In this document: in pieces, positions 27,588-36,557 of the stretch
How the letters are laid out: every line of letters begins with the position of its first letter
How positions within the stretch are numbered: the stretch's first letter is position 1
Virus record (IMG/VR): IMGVR_UViG_3300002989_000038
Location: 1 to 44,075 of that record
DNA length: 44,075 nt
DNA from: a virus
Taxonomy: Duplodnaviria; Caudoviricetes
Reading direction: 5' to 3' (one strand)
Notes under the pieces: generated by a model
Databases searched by the model: none
The model's input: only the letters and a program-made list of their open reading frames with translations
What the model was told of the DNA's origin: nothing
Position numbers and translations under genes: made by a program

Positions 27588-28781
27588 TTATGCCAATACC
27601 TGGGCGGATAGGAAAGCATCCGGCTGGAGCATGGCAACCAGCGGGGCGGACTGAACCATCAGGTGGCGCGCGGAGGGGTTCTTGGGTACCCAGGATTTCG
27701 GGAACCGGCTCACGGCTGCGGAACCTTCCTCGATTGCCTCGATGTCCTGAATTACGGCATGGAGGGTACGGTTGGCCGTCTTGGGGCTTCCCATCCAGAC
27801 CTTCTTAGGCGGGACCATGGGCAGCTCGGTTACGCTATCCTCGTCCAGGTACCACTCCTCGTAGGAGTAGATATCGACGCTGAGGCCGGGGGCGTTGACG
27901 GTCCCCAGGAAGGATACGCCGTTCGGGAGGAGCTGCGGATTGATCTGCCCCATGTTGACCTTGAGCATGTTCATGGTTTTCTGCACGACGGGGTTATTGA
28001 TGAAAGCGCTTGCCGCATCGGTCCCCATGATAACGACGGTCGGATTGACGCCGGAATCCTGGCGGATGATGCTGGCCCAGCCTCTCAGATCGCCAATGGG
28101 GTCCGAGGTGGAAGCGGACCAGAGAGCGCCGCCGGCCAGGGTAGGCTTGTGGCTCGCGGCCATCAGGAAGTCGACGGACACTGTCTTGTCTGTCGTCTCG
28201 CCCTTGATCTTCATGGTAATGGCGCCGACGTCGAGCGCCTTGGCTGCCATCCATTCCTCGCGACGGTCGATCATATCCATAAGCGTTGCCAGGTCCTGGC
28301 CGAGTTTGATCTGCGCGCGCCCCTCAATGGTCTGGGCGCCCGAGTAAAGCGTCTGACCCGGGAGACGCTTCAGGAGATCCCCTGCGGTCGTGATCATGAA
28401 CGGCTTGATATAGCCCGGTTTGATGGTGGAGGTGCTGAACCCGAGGTGCTCGACAACCTTCCCTTCGGATAAGGGGGAGCAGAAGGGCGCCATGCGACGC
28501 TTGCCTTTGATGATGTCGACATCCACGGTCTCAGTTTCCGCCGGGGTAGCCGGGGGGAAGAACGTATCGCGCAGGAAATTAAACGGACGCTTCATCTGCT
28601 CGACCGCCTCTAGCATGGTGCGGGTGTCGAACATATCGATCAGACCGCCGAAGCAGAGAGCCGGCAGGGCTCCGACGCCGACGGCCTTGCCTGCGGCGAT
28701 GGCGTGACCGGCAGGAAAGCAGAGGACCGCTGCGACCAGCAGCAGCATCCAGGAGAGAAGGGTGAACGGGATCTTTTTCAT
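27588..28781 (-). CDS. Major capsid protein (lambda gpE family) with a hydrophobic N-terminal extension
   Basis: 'FLRDTFF', 'VD..KG.R.MAPF.SP', 'P.YIKP', 'I.RREEWMAA', 'QSAPL'; strong SD GGAGG before 28781. Confidence 0.93.
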   Translation of the reverse strand: MKKIPFTLLSWMLLLVAAVLCFPAGHAIAAGKAVGVGALPALCFGGLIDMFDTRTMLEAVEQMKRPFNFLRDTFFPPATPAETETVDVDIIKGKRRMAPFCSPLSEGKVVEHLGFSTSTIKPGYIKPFMITTAGDLLKRLPGQTLYSGAQTIEGRAQIKLGQDLATLMDMIDRREEWMAAKALDVGAITMKIKGETTDKTVSVDFLMAASHKPTLAGGALWSASTSDPIGDLRGWASIIRQDSGVNPTVVIMGTDAASAFINNPVVQKTMNMLKVNMGQINPQLLPNGVSFLGTVNAPGLSVDIYSYEEWYLDEDSVTELPMVPPKKVWMGSPKTANRTLHAVIQDIEAIEEGSAAVSRFPKSWVPKNPSARHLMVQSAPLVAMLQPDAFLSAQVLA

Positions 28782-28844
28782 GCTTGTTCCTCCGTAAAGG
28801 TAAAAGGGAAATGGTTAAGCCGGATCTATTACCAGGCGACCGGG

Positions 28845-29189
28845 TTAGACTGCAGTTTTCAGGTAGATGTTCAGATCGCGCAGCGCTGCCCGGTGGGTTG
28901 CCGCCGTGTCCGCTCCGCCGAAAGTGATTGCGTTCTGGTTGAAGGCGCCGGACAGGTAGGTGACGGCCGGCTGGTCGCCTCCGCTGGCATCGCAATCCTC
29001 AGCGAGGATCGAGTGGGGGGTCTGCGAGCCATCTACTGCTGTGCTGACACACTTGATGAACTTGCCGGTGGCTGTTACCTTACCGAGCAGGGTGCCGCGT
29101 ACCAGGGTCTGGCCGCTGGCGATGGTGACAATATCGGTGACCAGCGGGTAGTCGTTGGCCAAAAGTTTGTCCGGGTTGAGAGTTTCCAT
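28845..29189 (-). CDS. Head decoration protein (lambda gpD family)
   Basis: 'I.SGQ.L.RGT.LG', 'DGSQ.P..ILAED.DAS', 'Y..G.FN', 'LR..NIYL'. Confidence 0.88.
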   Translation of the reverse strand: METLNPDKLLANDYPLVTDIVTIASGQTLVRGTLLGKVTATGKFIKCVSTAVDGSQTPHSILAEDCDASGGDQPAVTYLSGAFNQNAITFGGADTAATHRAALRDLNIYLKTAV

Positions 29190-29261
29190 ATTTGCTTCCT
29201 CCGTAAGAGTTTCGTTATGCAGTGTGGCCCGGCAAAAAGACTGGACCGACTGCCTGTTAGG

Positions 29262-29771
29262 TTATCTGAGGCTCCCGCCCGCTGCAATGGCACTTGCCGT
29301 AGCGGAACGGTCGGCGGCTTCGCCCGCTACCAGTTTGGCAGCCTTAACGCCCTCGGGAGATGCCTGCTGGATAGCAGCGAGCATTGCCGCTCGGCTCGTC
29401 TCGTCGGAGGATGTCCCGGCACCTGCCGGGGTCAGAGTGATGCCGAGTTCTGCCATATCTTCGGCAGTGAGACCCTTGTTAGCGATCGCCGCGAAGCGAG
29501 CGCCGGATTCGGCACCGAAGGCGGCGGTCGCCAGGGAGGTCATACGAGTGCGCTCAGTGCTGGTCGCTTCGGCTTTGGCTGCGGCTACGCCTGATGCCTG
29601 CGGCTTTTTAGTACAGGCGGCGCACTCCTCTCCGCTGCAGTTATTGCAGGAACAGGTACCGCACATCGGGCCACTGGTCCCTACAGTTTCGGCACCCATT
29701 GATGCCCTACCTTCATCGAATACGGACTGATAAAGGGCCGGGTTCGTCTCTTTCAGCTCGATTATGGTCAT
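29262..29771 (-). CDS. Putative internally initiated scaffold protein (Nu3-like)
   Basis: In-frame ATG (MTIIELKETNP.LY) preceded by AAGGAGAAGGG inside the protease gene. Confidence 0.6.
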   Translation of the reverse strand: MTIIELKETNPALYQSVFDEGRASMGAETVGTSGPMCGTCSCNNCSGEECAACTKKPQASGVAAAKAEATSTERTRMTSLATAAFGAESGARFAAIANKGLTAEDMAELGITLTPAGAGTSSDETSRAAMLAAIQQASPEGVKAAKLVAGEAADRSATASAIAAGGSLR

Positions 29772-30659
29772 AAATCCCTTCTCCTTTTGTCCGGACATGA
29801 CTGTAGCGGACTTTTTTGATGTACCTTTCTGGATAGCGAGGCTTGCCTTGTTGACTGAGGCGACTTCGTCGGCAAGTCCGGCGGAGACGGCGTTCTTCCC
29901 CTCGTACATGCCCGCCTCGGTATCACGGACTTTCTTGGTGCTCAGGGATCTGTTGCGCGCCACGGTATCGACAAACATCTCGTAGGTATCCCCAACCATG
30001 GACATAAGCAGCGTCCTAGCCTCGGAGGAGAGCGGAGCGTGGGGCGAGAAATCGGCTTTGCGGGCCCCTGCGAAAACCTGGGTGACGGTGATGCCCGCGG
30101 CATCCTCGGCACGGGAGAAGTCGGCGTGGCAGGCAATGACCCCGATGGAACCGACTCCGCCGGTGCGCGGGATGATGATGCGGCCGGCAGCCGATGCGAG
30201 CAGATACATGGCGCTGTAAGCCTGCTCGTTCACCATGGCTGTGATGGGCTTCAGGCTCCTCGCCTGGTAGATCTGGTCAGCCAGGTCGAAACAACCATTC
30301 ACCTCACCGCCGGGGGAGTCGCAGTCAAGAATGATCTCCCTGACTCCGTCGTCGGAGAGCGCCAGGTCGAAAGCCTTGCCGATGTCAGCATAAGAGGTCG
30401 GTCCGCCGGAGGGGAACTCTGAAGCCATGACCCGGTGCATGAGCGGGCCATAAATGCCGATAGTGGCCACACCGTTTAGGACCGAGTAGCCACCGCGGCT
30501 TCGTTCGGAGTCGCTGAGCGCCGCCGCCTGCAGCTGGGGGAGGGAAGAAACGTCCAAGTTGAAACGCGGGCCCATAACATGCAGAATCACATTCATCTTA
30601 GCTTCGGATATCATCAGCGGCCGGTTGAAGAGCCGCTCCGCTACGCGCATATTTTTCAT
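29262..30659 (-). CDS. Capsid maturation protease (S49, gpC-like) with C-terminal scaffold region
   Basis: 'LD.DSPGGEV.G.FDLAD.I', 'AYSA.Y.LAS', 'VGSIGV', 'F...VARNR'. Confidence 0.92.
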   Translation of the reverse strand: MKNMRVAERLFNRPLMISEAKMNVILHVMGPRFNLDVSSLPQLQAAALSDSERSRGGYSVLNGVATIGIYGPLMHRVMASEFPSGGPTSYADIGKAFDLALSDDGVREIILDCDSPGGEVNGCFDLADQIYQARSLKPITAMVNEQAYSAMYLLASAAGRIIIPRTGGVGSIGVIACHADFSRAEDAAGITVTQVFAGARKADFSPHAPLSSEARTLLMSMVGDTYEMFVDTVARNRSLSTKKVRDTEAGMYEGKNAVSAGLADEVASVNKASLAIQKGTSKKSATVMSGQKEKGFMTIIELKETNPALYQSVFDEGRASMGAETVGTSGPMCGTCSCNNCSGEECAACTKKPQASGVAAAKAEATSTERTRMTSLATAAFGAESGARFAAIANKGLTAEDMAELGITLTPAGAGTSSDETSRAAMLAAIQQASPEGVKAAKLVAGEAADRSATASAIAAGGSLR

Positions 30660-32215
30660 GCTGCTGCCCCCTGTTGCTGGTCCGGCGCTTTTTTCGAGAC
30701 GATCGGCTTCAAAGCCGATCCTTCCGGGAGGTCCAGTTCCTTCGCCTTCTTGATCTCCCGGCTTCTCTGTGCGTACTGCGCTTCCCAGTCCTTACCGCGC
30801 TTGGCCGCGATATCGGCGTCGGTGATGATGTTGGCGTTCTTACCCATGATGGCGGCGACCATTTCTTTGACCGGGTCGAGGTTGGTGCGCTCGGGGACGA
30901 TCCAGGTTGCGGCGCAGTACTCCGCGCGGTGAGAATAGAAATCGGGGGCGCTCTTGGGGAGCCGGATATAGCCGCGCAGGAACGCCTCTTCCCAGACCAT
31001 TTCCCAGATGATCTGGCAGAAATAGGTGACCATCCAGTCCTGGTACATGCCGAAGACGCGCCATGCTTCCTCGAGGGCGGCGCGCGCGGAGGAGTAGTTG
31101 GTTTTGGAAAAGTCCTTGGCGATGACCTCGTAGGGCATACCGGCGGCAGCACCGGCTCCGCGTAGGATGGTCTCCACAAAAACGCCGAAAGAGTTTCCGG
31201 GTCGTGGGTTGGAAAGGAGGTTGGGCTTTTCCCCAGGGCGTCCGTACATGATGCTCGGACCGACTTCCTGATAGGTCTGGCCGCCCGGAAGTAGTGCCGG
31301 GGTCCCGAATTCATCTTCTGCCGAGTAAGGCGAGGACTGTTCGATGAATACCGGAAAGCTCGCGGCCATGATGGCGCCAACCAGCTCGAAATCGAGGTAG
31401 TCGGACATGTCCCGGAAGAACTTCATGGCAGGCGCGATGATGGAGACGCCACGCACGCTTTCCGGCACTTTTTTGTGAAAGCGGTGGAACACCTGAGGAC
31501 GGTGCCCAAGCATGGGGGGAATCTCGCGGTAGAAACGAAGATCGAGCGAGGTCGTGAAGCGTCCGTCCTCAGGGTCGGCTATGAGATACCCGGTCGGCTG
31601 ACCCATATTGCCCAGCCGGATACCGTCGCGGATTCCCTTGGTGGCGGTGAGCCCCATGGGGGTGCGCAGACGGACCGGGTCGAGTACCTGCAGCGCCAGG
31701 GAGTAGCGGCGCGACGGGTCGTCGGTCATGAGCGGGAGGTTCAGGAACTCACCGTTTACCAGCAGGGAATAGATATTCTGAAACTGCAGGCCGTAGAAAT
31801 TGCAGGTAGCCGTCTCGGCGCTGGGGGCGGAAGCGTCGGCGGTCTTATTGAACTGTTCGAACTCCCACTCCATGGTTTCGGCCAAGCCCTGGGCCTGCTC
31901 CTCGGTGATACCGAGGCGCTTCCAGTTCGGTTTGGACTGAGGCCAGAGGCCGGTACCGATGGAGTTGGTGGCGATGGAGTCGATGAGACCGGCGCCGTGG
32001 GCGTTATTGGCGGCGATGTCGTTGGCGCGATCGGCTATTACCTCGCGCTGGCGACCTTCTTCCGGCCATGTGAGACGACGGGGGGACCAGTTGGAGAGGG
32101 TACCGGAAGCTCCGCCACCGGTGCGGCCGATGGCGGCAGCGCTCTTTCTGGGGGCAGTAACATCCTGGGCGCGGGGGGCAGCGTAGGATCGGCCTATACG
32201 GCAACCGTTACTCAT
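30656..32215 (-). CDS. Portal protein, lambda family
   Basis: 'RA.D...NN....G', 'H.F......RG.S..AP', 'G.PYE....DFS.TNYSSARA.L.E', 'DP.KE'; ATGA overlap with W. Confidence 0.93.
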   Translation of the reverse strand: MSNGCRIGRSYAAPRAQDVTAPRKSAAAIGRTGGGASGTLSNWSPRRLTWPEEGRQREVIADRANDIAANNAHGAGLIDSIATNSIGTGLWPQSKPNWKRLGITEEQAQGLAETMEWEFEQFNKTADASAPSAETATCNFYGLQFQNIYSLLVNGEFLNLPLMTDDPSRRYSLALQVLDPVRLRTPMGLTATKGIRDGIRLGNMGQPTGYLIADPEDGRFTTSLDLRFYREIPPMLGHRPQVFHRFHKKVPESVRGVSIIAPAMKFFRDMSDYLDFELVGAIMAASFPVFIEQSSPYSAEDEFGTPALLPGGQTYQEVGPSIMYGRPGEKPNLLSNPRPGNSFGVFVETILRGAGAAAGMPYEVIAKDFSKTNYSSARAALEEAWRVFGMYQDWMVTYFCQIIWEMVWEEAFLRGYIRLPKSAPDFYSHRAEYCAATWIVPERTNLDPVKEMVAAIMGKNANIITDADIAAKRGKDWEAQYAQRSREIKKAKELDLPEGSALKPIVSKKAPDQQQGAAA

Positions 32216-32454
32216 CGGCGCGGCCTCCCGGGGAGAAACTGGGGGGCTGAGCCGAGGACGAGCCTGGAGCGTTCTACCTGGAGCCACTCCAGCTGCTTGC
32301 GTAGCTGGGGGAGATCCTCGGATGTCACCTCGCGGTCGGTACCGCCGGTATTGAGGCGGACGCGTTTGCCGCCGGCAACGTCGAGCATCGCGACTTTAAA
32401 GGCCGCGATCTGGGTGTCAAGCTCTTCGGATGTGAATAACGGGGTGATTGCCAT
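32212..32454 (-). CDS. Head completion protein (gpW-like)
   Basis: 80 aa; 'A......G..V......R.VT..DL..L...L..L'; directly upstream of portal. Confidence 0.75.
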   Translation of the reverse strand: MAITPLFTSEELDTQIAAFKVAMLDVAGGKRVRLNTGGTDREVTSEDLPQLRKQLEWLQVERSRLVLGSAPQFLPGRPRR

Positions 32455-32488
32455 GGCGCTACAGTATTATCAAAAAGAGATACTGTCA

Positions 32489-32524
32489 GTAGACACCATG
32501 GACACTGTGGACACTATGGACAAC
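32489..32524. repeat. Four 9-bp direct repeats upstream of the head operon (regulator binding sites)
   Basis: GTAGACACC ATGGACACT GTGGACACT ATGGACAAC; on the minus strand followed by TGATAAT, 11 nt before the W ATG. Confidence 0.75.
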
Positions 32525-32572
32525 TATTTTTATTTATTGCATTATTTTTATCTAATAACTTACCTTAAAAAA

Positions 32573-32794
32573 CTATTCCGCTCTTCTCATAAGGTCTATT
32601 TTAGAAGATTCTTTGTAGGCTTTAACTACTACAGACGGGACACAGATTCCCTGCCGGCCACCGAAGCGAAACGCCGGGGCAAGCTCGCCCCTATCAATGA
32701 GATTGTATATGTGCTGCCGGCATACTCCTAAGAACTCGGCAATCCTCGCTACCTTCATCATTTCTTCACTTTTAAAAACCTGCGGCTGCTCCAT
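32573..32794 (-). CDS. Xis/AlpA-like helix-turn-helix protein (HTH_17-like)
   Basis: 'M.VARIAEFLGVCRQHIYNLIDRGEL.AFRFG'; start at 32794 (SD GGGAG), alternative 32809. Confidence 0.8.
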   Translation of the reverse strand: MEQPQVFKSEEMMKVARIAEFLGVCRQHIYNLIDRGELAPAFRFGGRQGICVPSVVVKAYKESSKIDLMRRAE

Positions 32795-32820
32795 AACATC
32801 TCCCTTCATTGCATGGTTAA

Positions 32821-34719
32821 CTATCGGCGGTTGCTAAACCAATTGGGCAAACTGGCTTTTTGCGGTATGACTGCCTTATGTGGGACCGGCGACGGTTCTG
32901 CACGGCCAATCTGCGGCACTTTGGAGCGGATCCTGATGATATCTGCCGCGGCGAAGCCGTAGACTTTGATATCGAAAAAATGGTTTGCCTTTCCATTGGG
33001 GCAGATCCAGTAACCGCGCTCGTCCTGGTACTCTGCACAGAGCTGCCGGGCATAGCCCATATCGGTGGACATCTCGGCATGCAGGTGAATGGACCCGGGG
33101 GCGCCTGGATGCAGCTTCAGCTTCCCGGCCAGCTGGTTCTTGAACATAGTTACGTTAATGGTATAGAGGTTCAGCCCACCGCCGGGGATCGGGATCTTCT
33201 TCCCATCGCGGCTCGGGTAGTAGTCCAGATGAGTGACCCTCCAAGGCGCGCCGTCCCGACTACCCTTAAGCGGCTTGAAGATCGGGTTATCGCTGCAGAA
33301 CTCATAAACCTCCTTGGTCCGGCTGTGCTTCGGCTTCGAGGGGTTAGTACCGCCGCCGGAGTCGATGAAAGCGGCAAATATGCCGTGCTCAGCGCCCCGG
33401 GCTGTTTTAAAACGCTGCTCGGAAAGTTCCTTCAACTGGTCGAAACTCTCCGCGTAACCATGGTCTATGGTCCAGCTCTCCAGATTCTTACCGGGGGCAA
33501 ACGCGACCACCTCATAGTAAAAACCTACCTGCTGGGTATCGACCAGGAGTAGCAGGCAGTGGATATCCGCCGGTACGATCTCGCGGGGCATGGAGGGATC
33601 GACAAACGAGAGAATCTCGCTTTCCTTGCGCGTGGTTCGCTCGGCTTCGTATTTTTTGGCCCGGTAGGAGTTGTCCAGCTCGATCTGGTCGGCGATATCT
33701 CCGGAGCGCGCTTTGACAATGGCGGCCGCGTACTCGGAGAGCGAGATATCCGGGCAGATCATGGCATCGATGATGAAACCGACGGAGACGGGACGCGCGA
33801 CCTGTGTACGAGCCTTCCAGCGACCGAGGCGCACGGCCCGGTCCCGGTCCATGTCGTTCCAGAGGACTCCGCAGCCGTCGCAGGCATAGCGGGCAGATTT
33901 ATCATTGATTAACTGCTTCGGATCTACCTCTGGCTGCGATGGGGGGAGTTTTCCGGACAATTCCATCTGACCCGGCCAGGCAAGGTGGTCCTCAACCATT
34001 TTCTGCTCTTTCGCACAATGGGGACAGACTACCTGGTAGTCGAGTTGCTCCATGCAGGCGTCGAACGCTTTGCTAATCAGCGAACCGGAGCCCGCGGGGG
34101 AGCTGCACTTGATCTTCTTGGGGCGGCGGAAGGTGGTAGCTCGCTTCTCCATCAGGTTGAGCGCATGGGTCTCCTTGCCGGCTAGGTCTTCGTTCTTATC
34201 GACCTCGTCGGCGAATACATCATCGGCGGGGAAGGAGGAAATCTCCGAGGGGGAGGAGCCCCAGACGGGATAGATGACGGTGCCGTCGCGGAAGGCGATC
34301 CGGCTGGCCGTGGTATCGTCCGGATTGGCGGAGAGCTTCTTGGCGACCGGAGCGCACATGCGGTAGATCGGTATCAGGCGGTCCTTGGCGATCTTCTTGG
34401 CGAGGTTCTCCTTGGGGAGCATCACGTATTTGACGTTGCCGCCACGGTAGACGATCGCGTAGAGGTGCATGTTGATGCAGCCGTTGGATTTTCCGGACTG
34501 CGGGACACCGCAGACGACGATCTCCTGCACCCAGGGGAGGTTGTAGGTATCCATGATCTGGGTCAGATAGGGCGTGATGGAGTTATCCCAGTCGCCCTGA
34601 TGTTGGCCAAGGGTCACCTTTCGGTGCTTGGCGGCGAATTCGGAGACCTTGAGGGGCTCCTTCTGGCGCCAGATCTCCAGTTCTCCCGGGAACCAGCTAT
34701 GCGCAAGGGCGATTGTCAC
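32821..34719 (-). CDS. Terminase large subunit (GpA family)
   Basis: 'TPYL..IMD', 'QSGKS', 'ADEVD', 'R..TF', 'CPHC', 'VDTQ', 'IDSGG', 'NH.FD..VY..AAA'. Confidence 0.95.
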   Translation of the reverse strand: MTIALAHSWFPGELEIWRQKEPLKVSEFAAKHRKVTLGQHQGDWDNSITPYLTQIMDTYNLPWVQEIVVCGVPQSGKSNGCINMHLYAIVYRGGNVKYVMLPKENLAKKIAKDRLIPIYRMCAPVAKKLSANPDDTTASRIAFRDGTVIYPVWGSSPSEISSFPADDVFADEVDKNEDLAGKETHALNLMEKRATTFRRPKKIKCSSPAGSGSLISKAFDACMEQLDYQVVCPHCAKEQKMVEDHLAWPGQMELSGKLPPSQPEVDPKQLINDKSARYACDGCGVLWNDMDRDRAVRLGRWKARTQVARPVSVGFIIDAMICPDISLSEYAAAIVKARSGDIADQIELDNSYRAKKYEAERTTRKESEILSFVDPSMPREIVPADIHCLLLLVDTQQVGFYYEVVAFAPGKNLESWTIDHGYAESFDQLKELSEQRFKTARGAEHGIFAAFIDSGGGTNPSKPKHSRTKEVYEFCSDNPIFKPLKGSRDGAPWRVTHLDYYPSRDGKKIPIPGGGLNLYTINVTMFKNQLAGKLKLHPGAPGSIHLHAEMSTDMGYARQLCAEYQDERGYWICPNGKANHFFDIKVYGFAAADIIRIRSKVPQIGRAEPSPVPHKAVIPQKASLPNWFSNRR

Positions 34720-35438
34720 TCTGTCTCAGCTCCAAAACTGGTTGATTGCGCGTAGCGGTCGAGCCACGCGTCGAGTTTGCGGTCGTATTCGTCATGGAGA
34801 TCCGGAATGACCGCCTGCAGATTGATATCCTCCACGTCCAGCCCCTGTGCCCTCAAATAATCGGAGATAACGTCGACCAGCTGGTCACAGAGTCGGGGGC
34901 CGAAGTTGCCGAGGTCCTTTTTTAAAAAAGAAGCGGCGGCGGCGCAGCGCTGCTCTACATCAGAGCGCAGGATATAGTTTTTACGGGTGATCTCGTTGGC
35001 GAGGGTCAGCTTATCGGCCTGTTCCTTCATGTAGCGGTTTTTGTGGTCGGTGTCCTCTTCGTTTGCCGGCTGACACGGCTTACTCGGGTTCTCCCAGGCC
35101 TGCGCCGCATAGGCCTCGATCTCGTTTTTCAGGTAGCTGCCGTCCTTCTGCTTGCGGGGGAAGCCGGTGGAGCGGTCTGCATGGTTTCGAACGGTGCGCG
35201 CGCTCACCAGGTACCCGGCGCCCGCGATCCATGCAGCGGCCTGCTCGATGTTTTTGAAGCGCTCGCCGCTCTCGGCCTGAGACTGACCCGACAGGAAGGT
35301 ATCGAGCGCTTTCTTCGCTGCCGAGTAGGCCTTGATGTTGGCCGTGCTCGGGTCGGTCGCCATAGTATCCATCGCCGTGACTAGATTGGTCTTAAGGGCA
35401 GACTCGAGGTCGGCTATGCGGGCGTCAACGTCGGTCAC
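34716..35438 (-). CDS. Putative terminase small subunit
   Basis: Winged-HTH-like segment then coiled coil; overlaps the terL start. Confidence 0.6.
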   Translation of the reverse strand: MTDVDARIADLESALKTNLVTAMDTMATDPSTANIKAYSAAKKALDTFLSGQSQAESGERFKNIEQAAAWIAGAGYLVSARTVRNHADRSTGFPRKQKDGSYLKNEIEAYAAQAWENPSKPCQPANEEDTDHKNRYMKEQADKLTLANEITRKNYILRSDVEQRCAAAASFLKKDLGNFGPRLCDQLVDVISDYLRAQGLDVEDINLQAVIPDLHDEYDRKLDAWLDRYAQSTSFGAETE

Positions 35439-35749
35439 TTTATTCTCCGAACCATCTCATCGATAATGCGCTGGGCTACTACCTGGACGTGAAGAGCCTC
35501 CCGGAGGATGCCGTGATCACCTTCCAACTCGTTGAGCCACAGGGCAAGCTTGAGCTCGCGGACTTCGCGCTCAAGGTGCCGCGGCATCTCCCAGCGTTCG
35601 AGCGCGGCCCATTCCTCAGGAGGATGCTTTACCGTGGCGGCAACATACTCTTTTGCGAATGCCACGCCCAGATATACGAGCCGAGCGGGTGCATAGCTTT
35701 GGTCCTGATATTCTTCTGTCAGTTTTGTATATCCGTTGCTACCGCTCAC
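35435..35749 (-). CDS. Hypothetical protein
   Basis: Strong SD GGAGGAGGAG, GTG start, overlap with terS. Confidence 0.65.
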   Translation of the reverse strand: MSGSNGYTKLTEEYQDQSYAPARLVYLGVAFAKEYVAATVKHPPEEWAALERWEMPRHLEREVRELKLALWLNELEGDHGILREALHVQVVAQRIIDEMVRRIK

Positions 35750-35765
35750 TACCTTCTCCTCCTCC

Positions 35766-35813
35766 GGTTTAACCCGGCGCTCGACCGCGAGGCGGTCAGC
35801 TTATCGTTAAACC
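35766..35813 (+). other. attC-like recombination site 1 (48 bp)
   Basis: GGTTTAAC-CCGGC-GCT(C)GACCGC-GAG-GCGGTCAGC-TTATC-GTTAAACC: terminal inverted R boxes, unpaired spacers, inner stem with one extrahelical base. Confidence 0.7.
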
Positions 35814-36487
35814 GCCCCCACCAGAGTGTCGATGAAATCACCGATTTTCATTCCGACAGGGCATTTACTTTCCAACAGTTTCCAATTCACACCATCGTTG
35901 CCATCTACCGCATCGAACGCAGCAGCTCGGCATTCCTCGCAAACTTCGACCGTGGTAGCCGGAACCACACCGCAACGCTCGCAAGAGCCATCGCCAGGAT
36001 GAGGAACTAGGGATTGCAACCGCGACACCTCTGCCAGAAGCCGTAGCCCTGATTCTTCTCTCGCACGAACCTGCTTATCGGAAGATTCAATCAAACTTTG
36101 CAGATTGGCGACATGGGCTTTGTTCGCACCTTTTTCAATATTGAGCCGATGATCGGCAAGTTTCAGCGCCGTTCTCAACTGCTCAACCTCAGTGGCGTGC
36201 CGATCAAACGACATGCACACCCAGCCATCTTTAAGCCCGTAGCCGTCCAGAATGTGGGTAACCTCGGCATAGAGCTCGCGGTGGGTGTAATTCAGGGGTT
36301 TGCCAGGGGTCCGGTCGTTATGCAGAGGCTTGTCCCTCATTTCCTCCCCTGTATGCACGGTCTCTCTCAGGTAAAGCGTATCCCCTACCAGGAAGTTACG
36401 GTCATTGAAGCGGATTTCAAAAGTCTTGCGACCGTCAAGAACCGCTTGAAAAACTTCGCGGTCCGTCTTCAGTTCATGTCCCGCCAT
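35807..36487 (-). CDS. DUF3850/ASCH-like (PUA fold) protein with coiled coil and CxxC-CxxC
   Basis: 'HELK....FQAV.DG.KTFE.R.NDR.F.VGD.L.LRE', 'VTHIL..YGL..GWV.MS'; stop TAA inside the site 1 R box. Confidence 0.85.
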   Translation of the reverse strand: MAGHELKTDREVFQAVLDGRKTFEIRFNDRNFLVGDTLYLRETVHTGEEMRDKPLHNDRTPGKPLNYTHRELYAEVTHILDGYGLKDGWVCMSFDRHATEVEQLRTALKLADHRLNIEKGANKAHVANLQSLIESSDKQVRAREESGLRLLAEVSRLQSLVPHPGDGSCERCGVVPATTVEVCEECRAAAFDAVDGNDGVNWKLLESKCPVGMKIGDFIDTLVGAV

Positions 36488-36505
36488 GCTGTCGCTCCTT
36501 GCGCA

Positions 36506-36553
36506 GGTTTAACACCCGCTCGTGCCTGTCGGCACAGCTAAATTCGTTAAACC
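36506..36553 (+). other. attC-like recombination site 2 (48 bp)
   Basis: GGTTTAAC-ACCC-GCT(C)GTGCC-TGTC-GGCACAGC-TAAATTC-GTTAAACC. Confidence 0.7.
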
Positions 36554-36557
36554 GACT

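Noticed and set aside
31475-32731. 418-aa plus-strand ORF and similar long antisense ORFs across the structural genes
   Set aside because: Overlap well-supported portal, W and HTH genes; typical high-GC shadow frames with no motifs
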